Assembly (NCBI GenBank): GCA_944381195.1
Contig: CALWKH010000001.1
Coordinates: 1 to 52,693 of the forward strand
Length of the DNA: 52,693 bases
Direction: 5' to 3'
Source of the DNA: an uncultured Clostridia bacterium
Lineage (GTDB): Bacteria > Bacillota > Clostridia > Christensenellales > UBA1242
Below, one piece after another: positions 1 to 7,236 of this stretch (the first letter of the stretch is position 1; every line of letters begins with the position of its first letter). The position numbers and the translations under genes were made by a program. Below the pieces are notes generated by a model. The model saw only the letters and a program-made list of their open reading frames with translations, did not search any database and was not told the DNA's origin.

Positions 1-1210
1 ATACATAGGAATAGTTTTCTTTTTTTATTTCAGGGCAAAACTTAATCAGGTCTTGCCCACCGATTGCCAGGTCTTTTAGACTCATTGGAACTTTGTCAAG
101 TTTCATGAGGTGATAGATGTGTTCAATTTGCAAGTTTCCACCAAAGATTTTTGACAGGTCAATCACACGCAAAATTATTTTGTGATTTTTCTGAATGAAT
201 TTTCTTATTGCAGCCTCATCATGCAGAACATTTTGCTCGTTTAAAGCAGTCAAAATATCTGCCTGCAAGCGCACTTCTTTTTTGGAAAGCATAAGCCCGT
301 TTTGCCCCAAAATTTTGTCAACATTTTCTAAATTTATTGGCAAATCAAGTGCTCTTAAAATTTCATAGGTAAAAACAGAAACTCTGTGAATTGCATCTGC
401 ATTATCGAGATATTGAACCCATGGCTTTGACAGTTTTTCATTTACCCACTGCATTCCATGTTCCAAAGATAACGAACGCAAAATATAGCCCCATGCACCC
501 CAATCATTTAAAAAGTTTATTGCTTTTGTTGGGCAATTTGGATTATTGATTGCATCATATTTATAGTCCGCAAAAAGCATTTGCAAAATTTCTTTGTGAA
601 AACGCTCTTGTGAAATATCTTTTAGGTTTGAAATTTTTTCCTTTGCCGTTATATAGCACTCTTCGTTAACATCAAAATCAAGTTCTGCACTGATTCGTGC
701 AAGGCGCAAAATTCGAAGTCCATCATCATCAAAGGTTTTGTCTGGAACATTAACTGTTCTTAATGTCTTTTGCAATGTGTCTTGCACGCCAGAAAAAAGG
801 TCGACAATCTTATCTTCAAAAATATCATAATAAATTGCATTGCAAGTGAAATCACGCCTTATGGCATCTTTTTTTATATCTTTCACAAAAACAACTTTTT
901 CTGGTCTGTGTGCTCCGCCCTGACTGTAACTTTCCTTTCTGAAAGTGGTATATTCAAAAACTTCTTCACTGATTTTGCTTTTTATGTGAAGTGTTCCCAA
1001 ATTCTTGTTTATAAGAGTAACATCAAAAACAGAGTTTTGAAGCATTGTTTCAACATCTTCATATTTCATTGGTCCGCAAATATCAAAATCAGTTTCAACA
1101 AAGCCTAAAAGTGAATTACGAACAAAGCCCCCAACAATATAGAGTTTGTTGCCAGCAAGACTGAAATATTTTGCAAGTTCTTTGAGTGATTGTGGAATGT
1201 TTAGTTTCAT
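1..1210 (-). CDS. cca: CCA-adding tRNA nucleotidyltransferase / poly(A) polymerase family; the C-terminal end runs off the window
   Basis: Absent from the ORF track because the frame is open at position 1. My minus-strand translation from ATG 1210 gives MKLNIPQSLKELAKYFSLAGNKLYIVGGFVRNSLLG..TDFDICG..RRDFTCNAIYYD, which carries the nucleotidyltransferase head motifs. About 403 aa are visible. Confidence 0.8.
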   Translation of the reverse strand, partial: MKLNIPQSLKELAKYFSLAGNKLYIVGGFVRNSLLGFVETDFDICGPMKYEDVETMLQNSVFDVTLINKNLGTLHIKSKISEEVFEYTTFRKESYSQGGAHRPEKVVFVKDIKKDAIRRDFTCNAIYYDIFEDKIVDLFSGVQDTLQKTLRTVNVPDKTFDDDGLRILRLARISAELDFDVNEECYITAKEKISNLKDISQERFHKEILQMLFADYKYDAINNPNCPTKAINFLNDWGAWGYILRSLSLEHGMQWVNEKLSKPWVQYLDNADAIHRVSVFTYEILRALDLPINLENVDKILGQNGLMLSKKEVRLQADILTALNEQNVLHDEAAIRKFIQKNHKIILRVIDLSKIFGGNLQIEHIYHLMKLDKVPMSLKDLAIGGQDLIKFCPEIKKENYSYV

Positions 1211-1216
1211 ATTTGC

Positions 1217-1225
1217 ATTATAGCA
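1217..1225 (-). promoter_or_regulatory. Extended -10 element (TGcTATAAT) ending 6 nt upstream of the cca ATG
   Basis: The minus strand reads aaatgTGcTATAATgcaaatATG. There is no Shine-Dalgarno and the -35 is poor. Confidence 0.35.
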
Positions 1226-1365
1226 CATTTGTTTTAAAAATGCATAAATTTTGATGTAACTTTTAAAACTTTTTAAAAACAAAAAGAAAAAAGCGTAAAA
1301 ATGGCATTTTAACCATGTTTTTTCATGCTTTTTTAAGTTTTTATCAAAAAATTTTTGCAAATCTT

Positions 1366-1875
1366 TTAGTTTAAGTTTGGATTTAAAAACATCAGTCCCA
1401 GTGCCTCAATTCGCCTGTTGATGATTCTTTGTAAAACAGTTTTTGCTTCGGTGTTTGTTTCGCTTACATAAAGGTTGAAAAGAGTTGCCAAAATGCTTGT
1501 TTCAATATCAGCAAGTTTTCTGTTTATAAAACATATGCTGTTTGGACGGCAGACAAAGGTTGGGTTGACTCTGCCTGTGCTATTTAAGCTTGGATAATAA
1601 ACAATTAAATCTGCAAGTTCATTGTTTGCAACATCAATCATTTCATTAAAAAATGTTTGCACTTGCCCAGAGGTGCGCTCAGACAGAAAGGTTAGATATT
1701 TTTGCTCTAACCTGAAATCTTGGGCAAGAGAAAGAAGCGAATCTTCCTGCTGATTGCTCTCTTGCAAAACTTTCACCTTTCTTTTTTCACTCAGTCCCGC
1801 ATATTTTATTTTCATATTGGCAATACTTTTTTCATCAGCAATTTTTTCGTCATCAAACATATTTCTCCCCCGCAT
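1366..1875 (-). CDS. Hypothetical protein
   Basis: 169-aa ORF with no motif I can place. A better SD (GGGGGAG) precedes the internal Met at 1860, so the start may be 1860. Confidence 0.45.
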   Translation of the reverse strand: MRGRNMFDDEKIADEKSIANMKIKYAGLSEKRKVKVLQESNQQEDSLLSLAQDFRLEQKYLTFLSERTSGQVQTFFNEMIDVANNELADLIVYYPSLNSTGRVNPTFVCRPNSICFINRKLADIETSILATLFNLYVSETNTEAKTVLQRIINRRIEALGLMFLNPNLN

Positions 1876-1922
1876 TTTTTAAATTTATATGAAAAATAAA
1901 AAAATTTTGTTAAAGGTTTTAT

Positions 1923-2090
1923 ATGAAAAAGAAATTTCCAGCCTATCAACAAGTGGAAGAATTAAAAAAAGAAATAAGCAAAACAGAAAGTGAATTGCTT
2001 ATTAAAAACAATAAAAATATTAGAAAGAGTTTAAAAAATCACATCAATGCAAGAAGAAAACTTGCAAACTTTATCAATGAAGAAAATTAA
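1923..2090 (+). CDS. Possible small Lys-rich coiled-coil protein (55 aa), below the ORF-track cutoff
   Basis: The ATG at 1923 is preceded by AAAGG. The translation is MKKKFPAYQQVEELKKEISKTESELLIKNNKNIRKSLKNHINARRKLANFINEEN. It ends just before the hairpin at 2107-2126. Confidence 0.25.
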   Translation: MKKKFPAYQQVEELKKEISKTESELLIKNNKNIRKSLKNHINARRKLANFINEEN

Positions 2091-2126
2091 AAATAAAATA
2101 AAATAAAAAGCACTTTTATGTGCTTT
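2090..2126 (-). terminator. Rho-independent terminator after recR; usable in both directions
   Basis: Stem AAAGCAC/GTGCTTT (2107-2113 and 2120-2126) with a 6-nt loop. On the minus strand it is followed by TTTTATTTTATTTTATTTT. Confidence 0.6.
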
Positions 2127-2719
2127 TAAAGTTCTTTTCGGTCTTCAATTGCGCGTGAAAGAGTTACCTCATCAACATATTCAAGGTCGCTTCCAAGGGA
2201 AACACCCTGCGCAATTCGTGTGACTTTTACATTCAGTGGTTTTAAAAGTTTAGCAATATAAAGAGCGGTTGCCTCACCTTCAACCGTTGGGCTGGTTGCC
2301 ATAATGACCTCTTGAACATCATATTTTGAAATTCTGTCCAAAAGTTCTTTTATTCTTATGTCATCAGGTCCAACGCCGTCCATTGGACTTAAAAGACCAT
2401 GAAGAACATGATATGTCCCCGAAAAATCTTTCACCTTTTCAAGTGCCAAAATGTCTTTTGGCTCTGCAACAACACAAACAAGTTTTTGATTACCCTTTTG
2501 ACAAGTTGTGCAGATTTCTTGGTCGGTCCAATTCCCACATATACCACAAAAATGCACCTTTTCCTTTGCTTCAATGATTGATTTTGCAAAAGAGTGTGCA
2601 TCTTCCTTATTCATATTTACAACATAATACGCAAATCGAACAGCAGTTTTTCTGCCCACACTTGGCAAACGAGAAAATTCACTTATCAGTTTTTCAACTG
2701 GTTCAATCAAATTTTTCAA
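2126..2719 (-). CDS. recR: Recombination protein RecR
   Basis: N-terminal HhH (LPSVGRKTAVRFAYY), a C4 zinc finger (CGICGNWTDQEICTTC) and a Toprim domain. TTG start at 2719 directly after the ebfC stop, with GGAGG 10 nt upstream. Confidence 0.93.
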   Translation of the reverse strand: MKNLIEPVEKLISEFSRLPSVGRKTAVRFAYYVVNMNKEDAHSFAKSIIEAKEKVHFCGICGNWTDQEICTTCQKGNQKLVCVVAEPKDILALEKVKDFSGTYHVLHGLLSPMDGVGPDDIRIKELLDRISKYDVQEVIMATSPTVEGEATALYIAKLLKPLNVKVTRIAQGVSLGSDLEYVDEVTLSRAIEDRKEL

Positions 2720-3043
2720 CTAGAAAAAGCCTCCTGGAATGTTTGGCATACTGCTTGCAATTTGTTTGTCTATCTGCGCATTTGCATCATTTACTGCTGC
2801 AATGATTAAATCTTCAAGCATTTCAACATCGCTTGCATCAACAACCTCTGGTTTTATTTTTAATGCCACAAGTTCACGTTTTCCATTCATTTTAAGTTCC
2901 ACCATTCCGCCACCACTTGTTGCAGAAAAAACACTTGCTTCAAGTTCTTCTTTTTGCTTTTGCATTTTCTCTTGCATTGCCTGTGCTTGTTTCATCAGTT
3001 GTTGCATTTGCATTCCGCCACCAAAACCATTAAATCCTGCCAT
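2720..3043 (-). CDS. ebfC: Nucleoid-associated protein YbaB/EbfC
   Basis: 107 aa with MKQAQAMQEKMQK..GGGMVELKMNG..MLEDLIIAAVNDA. It has the conserved dnaX-ebfC-recR synteny. Confidence 0.9.
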   Translation of the reverse strand: MAGFNGFGGGMQMQQLMKQAQAMQEKMQKQKEELEASVFSATSGGGMVELKMNGKRELVALKIKPEVVDASDVEMLEDLIIAAVNDANAQIDKQIASSMPNIPGGFF

Positions 3044-3062
3044 AATTTTTATTTCCTTTTTA

Positions 3063-4691
3063 TTATTTTTTTATGTTAACAGACACACCAAGTTGTTCAC
3101 TTAAAAGCCTTGCCTTGTCCTTTGCCTGCCTTGCGTCAACCTTGGTTATCTCTATATGATAATTATAACCAACTTTGTTAAAACACGCAACTAATTCTTG
3201 ATAATTTTCACTTTTTTTAAGAATTTCCAAAATGCTATCGCTATCTGTTTTAATTAGAAAATTATCCTCACGCTTTTCAACATCTGTAGCTTGGACACAG
3301 CAAGCGTGCAAAACTGGGTTTTGCTTGTGAAGTTCAATGAGAACTTGCCCCCAAATTTTTGTTGCGTTTGTTTCTTTTTCTAGTTTTTCGCCATAATGAC
3401 TTTCTTCTTTGTTATTTTGAGCAAAAGATGTGCTGTTTTCCTCCTTGTTCCCACCATGAGAGTCCTTGCTTTCCGCACTCATTTTACTTTCACTAACCAC
3501 AAGCCCTTCTGGTTGCGCCACCACATTTTCTGTTTTTGAACTTGTTTCGCAAATTTTTTCAACCGAAACCACCTTTTTTGATACAATATTATCATTTTTA
3601 AAATAAGGGCTTTCGATAGCAACAGAAACTGCAACTGTTTCAAGAAGAAGTTGAGGGTCAAAAGCATATTTGATGTCCAGTTCAATGGAACTAAATTTTT
3701 CAAAAGCTTTCCCAATAAATGCGGTTGAATATTGCTCTGCAACTTTCAGCATTTGCTCTTGATTTTCAGCAGGCAAATCAACAGAATCACTTACTGCGTT
3801 TGTTGTCTTTAAAACAAGGATATCTCTCAGTGTTTTTGAAATTTCTTGTGTCAGATTTACAATGTTCTTACCCGACTTAACCTGTTTGTCTAAAAGTTCC
3901 ACAAAGCCGTGAATATCTCCGCTTAAACACAGATTTGCCAAATTAAGCAAAACCTCTTGCCCGCTGGTTCCCAGAATTTCCAAAACATCATTTGCTGTTA
4001 TGTTGTTGTTGGAATAACTTGCGCACATATCAGCAATTGAAAGTGAATCACGAACACTTCCGCCACCCGCTTTGACAATCATTTTGATTGCTTGCTCTTC
4101 TGCCTTGATTCCACTTCTTTTAAAGATATCAGAAAGAAGACCAAAAAGTTTGTCTTGGCTTATAAGTTTGAAGTCAAACCTTAAAACCCTTGAAAGAATT
4201 GTTGCGGGAAGTTTTTGAGGTTCGGTTGTTGCAAGAATGAAAATTATGTGCGCTGGTGGTTCTTCAAGTGTTTTTAAAAGAGCATTAAAAGCGCTGTCTG
4301 TGAGCATATGAACTTCGTCAATGATATATACCTTATATTTTCCGTAAATTGGTGGATATTTGACAAGTTCTTTTAAGTCTCTGATTTCGTCAACACGGTT
4401 ATTGCTGGCTGCGTCAATTTCAATAACATCAATGTTGTTTGCCTGTTCCAAATTTTTACAAACCTCACAGGTTCCACATGGCGAGCCGTCTTTGTTGTTT
4501 GTGCAATTGACAGCCTTTGCAAAAATCTTTGCAACACTTGTTTTACCAGTTCCACGACTTCCGCAAAAAAGATAGGCATGCCCAACCTGTTCGTTGATGA
4601 TTTGATTTTTAAGTGTTTTTATGATGTGTTCTTGCCCAACAACTTGCTCAAAATTTGTTGGTCTGAATTTACGATATAGCGCTAGATACAT
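3063..4691 (-). CDS. dnaX: DNA polymerase III subunit tau (possibly also gamma), DnaX
   Basis: Start MYLALYRKFRPTNFEQVVGQEHI at 4691 with GGAGGGG upstream. It has the P-loop GSRGTGKTS, a Zn module CGTCEVC and Walker B IIDEVHML. The longer track ORF (to 4787) overlaps sigH and lacks an RBS. Confidence 0.93.
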   Translation of the reverse strand: MYLALYRKFRPTNFEQVVGQEHIIKTLKNQIINEQVGHAYLFCGSRGTGKTSVAKIFAKAVNCTNNKDGSPCGTCEVCKNLEQANNIDVIEIDAASNNRVDEIRDLKELVKYPPIYGKYKVYIIDEVHMLTDSAFNALLKTLEEPPAHIIFILATTEPQKLPATILSRVLRFDFKLISQDKLFGLLSDIFKRSGIKAEEQAIKMIVKAGGGSVRDSLSIADMCASYSNNNITANDVLEILGTSGQEVLLNLANLCLSGDIHGFVELLDKQVKSGKNIVNLTQEISKTLRDILVLKTTNAVSDSVDLPAENQEQMLKVAEQYSTAFIGKAFEKFSSIELDIKYAFDPQLLLETVAVSVAIESPYFKNDNIVSKKVVSVEKICETSSKTENVVAQPEGLVVSESKMSAESKDSHGGNKEENSTSFAQNNKEESHYGEKLEKETNATKIWGQVLIELHKQNPVLHACCVQATDVEKREDNFLIKTDSDSILEILKKSENYQELVACFNKVGYNYHIEITKVDARQAKDKARLLSEQLGVSVNIKK

Positions 4692-5310
4692 TTTCCCCTC
4701 CAAAAAAGTTTTGCAGTTTTGTTCTGATTCTAAAAATGGCATTAGAAACACTTTTGATATCTTTTCCAAGTTTTTGAGCAATTTCAAAATGAGAATAACC
4801 TTTTAAATATAAACCCAAAACCTTAAACTCAAAATTGCTGATTTGTTTTTTTATGATGTCGCTTAACTCTTGTTGATGCTCTCGCTGAATCAAGTTTTCC
4901 TCGGGCGAAAGTTCACTGCTGATAAGATATATGCCTTTGTTATTGGTGTCGTCAAGGACAATCATGCCCTGATTTGATATTGGCAAAAAGTCGCCCAGAA
5001 TAAACCTGCCCTTTCTGAAACTTGAACGAATGGCACTTTGAATTTGCCTTAGCACACAAAGATAGGCAAAGGTTGTGAAGGTCGCTTTGTTTGATGCGTT
5101 ATATGACTGCATTGCTTTATAAAGCCCAATCATGCCCTCTTGCATCAAATCTTCTGCATCGCCTCCAATCAAGAAAAAACCACGGACAATGCTTTTTACC
5201 ATTTTTTTATAGTTATCAATCAACGTGTCTTGACTTTCTTCATCGCCTTTTTTTGCTCTTTTTAAAAGTTTTATGACATCTTCTTGTGTTAACTTATTGT
5301 TCATTTGCAC
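4669..5310 (-). CDS. sigH: Sporulation-initiation sigma factor SigH-like (sigma-70 family)
   Basis: 213 aa with region 2 (DAEDLMQEGMIGLYKA..FTTFAYLCVLRQI) and the region 4 HTH (GYSHFEIAQKLGKDIKSVSNAIFRIR). It follows mrnC-rlmB as in Bacillus. Confidence 0.8.
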   Translation of the reverse strand: MQMNNKLTQEDVIKLLKRAKKGDEESQDTLIDNYKKMVKSIVRGFFLIGGDAEDLMQEGMIGLYKAMQSYNASNKATFTTFAYLCVLRQIQSAIRSSFRKGRFILGDFLPISNQGMIVLDDTNNKGIYLISSELSPEENLIQREHQQELSDIIKKQISNFEFKVLGLYLKGYSHFEIAQKLGKDIKSVSNAIFRIRTKLQNFFGGENVSSAIS

Positions 5311-6028
5311 CCCTTTGTCTCAAAACTTCAAAAACAGCAACACCACAAGCCACGCTGGCGTTTAGAGAATTGATTTTTCCACGCATTGGAATGGTTAAAA
5401 TCTTATCACAATTTTTCTTGACAAGTGCGCTTGTTCCAAAGCCTTCACTTCCAATAACCAAAGCAATTGCACCAGTTAGGTTTTCGCTGTAAAGTGGTTC
5501 GCCTCCAAGTTCAATGCCATATACCCAAACGCCCTCTTTTTTCAGCCTTTCAATTTCTTGATTGATGTTGGTAACCCGAGCAACAAGACAATAGGAATAT
5601 GCCCCAGCACTTGTGGAAGCAACTGTTTGATTAACTTCGCAAGCACTGTGTTTTGGAATTATAATTCCATGAACACCTGCACATTCACACACACGAATCA
5701 CACTTCCAAGATTGTGAGGGTCCTCCACCTTGTCTAAAATTACGATGAAAGGTTGTTCTCCCCTTTCTCGTGCAAGATTTAAAATGTCATCGGTTGTAGA
5801 GTATGTGAAATTCTCAACCTCAGCAACAAAACCTTGATGATGGGCGTTTTTTGTTATTTTGTCAAGAAATTCCTTATTTTTAAAAATTACTTGAACATTA
5901 TTTTGCTTGGCAAGTCTGAAAATTTCATTGTTTCTTTCTTGCATCAAATTTTTGCTTACATAAAGTTTGAAAACCGCTTTTTTATTGCGCAAACTTTCAA
6001 CAATTGCATTTTTTCCACAAATTATCAT
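5294..6028 (-). CDS. rlmB: SpoU/TrmH-family 23S rRNA 2'-O-methyltransferase (RlmB/YacO-like)
   Basis: 244 aa with the SpoU motifs LDKVEDPHNLGSVIRV, LVIGSEGFG and IPMRGKINSLNASVA. ATGA overlap with mrnC. Confidence 0.85.
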   Translation of the reverse strand: MIICGKNAIVESLRNKKAVFKLYVSKNLMQERNNEIFRLAKQNNVQVIFKNKEFLDKITKNAHHQGFVAEVENFTYSTTDDILNLARERGEQPFIVILDKVEDPHNLGSVIRVCECAGVHGIIIPKHSACEVNQTVASTSAGAYSYCLVARVTNINQEIERLKKEGVWVYGIELGGEPLYSENLTGAIALVIGSEGFGTSALVKKNCDKILTIPMRGKINSLNASVACGVAVFEVLRQRGANEQ

Positions 6029-6426
6029 AGTTTTTCCTCACTCATTATAAGATTTAGAAGTTCATCAATGCGTTTTTCATTTTTTGTTAAAAACAGAAAG
6101 CCCAAAAGAGCCTCAAATGCTGTTGATTTTTTGTAATCTGCAAGTCCTGCATTTTTGCTTTTGCTTGATGTGTGAGTGTTGCGGGCACGCCTTATCAAAT
6201 CTTCCTCTTCTTCACTTAAACTCGGCTTAATTCTATCTAGAAACTCACTTTGTGCGTGGGCGTTGACAAGTCTTATGGCTTTTGTGTGAAATTTCCCTGA
6301 TTTTGCCTCGGTGTTTAAAACCTTTAAGCGTGCATATAAAGTGAAATAGGCATCACCCACAAAAGCAAGTGATGTTATTGGCATATTTTTAACCTCATCT
6401 TCATTAAAATCAAATTTAAAACTCAT
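6025..6426 (-). CDS. mrnC: Mini-ribonuclease 3 (Mini-III, MrnC)
   Basis: LAFVGDAYFTLYAR RNase III signature, about 130 aa, positioned upstream of rlmB. An alternative SD-led start exists at Met15 (6384). Confidence 0.8.
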   Translation of the reverse strand: MSFKFDFNEDEVKNMPITSLAFVGDAYFTLYARLKVLNTEAKSGKFHTKAIRLVNAHAQSEFLDRIKPSLSEEEEDLIRRARNTHTSSKSKNAGLADYKKSTAFEALLGFLFLTKNEKRIDELLNLIMSEEKL

Positions 6427-6432
6427 AGAAAA

Positions 6433-6461
6433 ATTATATCACAAACAAGTCTTTCATGCAA
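6433..6461 (-). promoter_or_regulatory. Sigma-A type promoter, TTGCAT-17-TATAAT
   Basis: -35 at 6461..6456, a 17-nt spacer, and -10 at 6438..6433. The -10 ends 6 nt before the mrnC ATG at 6426. Confidence 0.55.
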
Positions 6462-6463
6462 CT

Positions 6464-6491
6464 AAAAAATAAATGTGCTTTAAGCACACTT
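6464..6491 (-). terminator. Rho-independent terminator after cwlD
   Basis: 9-bp stem AAGTGTGCT/AGCACATTT (one G-U pair) followed by ATTTTTT on the minus strand. Confidence 0.55.
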
Positions 6492-6502
6492 ATTTTATTT
6501 TT

Positions 6503-7195
6503 TTATTCCAAACCATAATATGCCACAATTCCGCAAAAAATTTGATATGCAAGTTTATCTTGATATTCGTCAGATATCAAAAGTTTTTCTTCCTCTGGGT
6601 TTGACAAATATCCGCACTCAATCAAAATTCCTGGCGTTTGCGTGCAAGTTAGAATGTAGAAATCGCCCTCTTTACATTCTTTTCTTGCGTTTTCAAGGTT
6701 TTTTGTGAAAAAATTTTGCATATTTGTTGCAAGAGTCTCACTTACTTCATCATTTGGCTTATAAAAAATTTGTGCACCTTTTGCGCTTGAATCGCTGAAA
6801 TAATTCATGTGTATGCTGACAACAAGGTCGGCACCACTTTCTTCAATGATGCGCTTTCTCTCTTTCATGTCTCTCATCTTGAATCCACTTGCAAAAACGC
6901 CGTAGAGTCCGTCTTGTGTTCTGCGTGTTTGAACAACTGAAATGCCCATGTTGTTAAGCAAAGTTTCAATTTTATTTGTGATTGCAAGATTTATATCACG
7001 CTCATATACCCCCGTGCTTCCTTGACTTCCTCCGTCAATGCCTCCATGCCCAGCATCAAGCACCACACAAAGCGCAGACGCAGGAGAAGAAGTTATAGTG
7101 CTTTGAGACAATGGATATAAAAGCCCAGAAAACAAAATAGTGGCACAAAAAAGAAAAAACAGTGCAATTGATTTTCTTTTTAATATTATAAACAT
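6503..7195 (-). CDS. cwlD: N-acetylmuramoyl-L-alanine amidase, germination-specific CwlD-like
   Basis: N-terminal TM segment and the Amidase_3 motifs VVLDAGHGGIDGG, VSIHMN and GILIECGYLSNPEE. 230 aa, similar in length to B. subtilis CwlD. Confidence 0.8.
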   Translation of the reverse strand: MFIILKRKSIALFFLFCATILFSGLLYPLSQSTITSSPASALCVVLDAGHGGIDGGSQGSTGVYERDINLAITNKIETLLNNMGISVVQTRRTQDGLYGVFASGFKMRDMKERKRIIEESGADLVVSIHMNYFSDSSAKGAQIFYKPNDEVSETLATNMQNFFTKNLENARKECKEGDFYILTCTQTPGILIECGYLSNPEEEKLLISDEYQDKLAYQIFCGIVAYYGLE

Positions 7196-7236
7196 ATTAA
7201 AAATATATGCATCTGTTTTTTAGAAAATAACTTTTT

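Noticed and set aside
770-1108. 112-aa plus-strand ORF
   Set aside because: It lies entirely antisense to the well-supported cca coding region. The sequence is hydrophobic and low-complexity, typical of the reverse frame of AT-rich genes, and there is no RBS.
3212-3218. Second A-run (A7, CTT AAA AAA AGT) in dnaX as a slippage site
   Set aside because: It lies about 50 codons from the C-terminus, so any shift would not create a gamma-like product. It is most likely an ordinary Lys-Lys codon pair.
4692-4787. N-terminal 32-codon extension of the dnaX ORF in the track
   Set aside because: The conserved DnaX N-terminus starts at Met33 (4691) with GGAGGGG upstream. The extension would overlap about 120 nt of sigH.
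4692-5310. SRP (scRNA) gene upstream of dnaX, as in B. subtilis
   Set aside because: The position is occupied by the sigH coding sequence, and no SRP-like hairpin with a GGAA/AGCA-type domain IV motif is evident.
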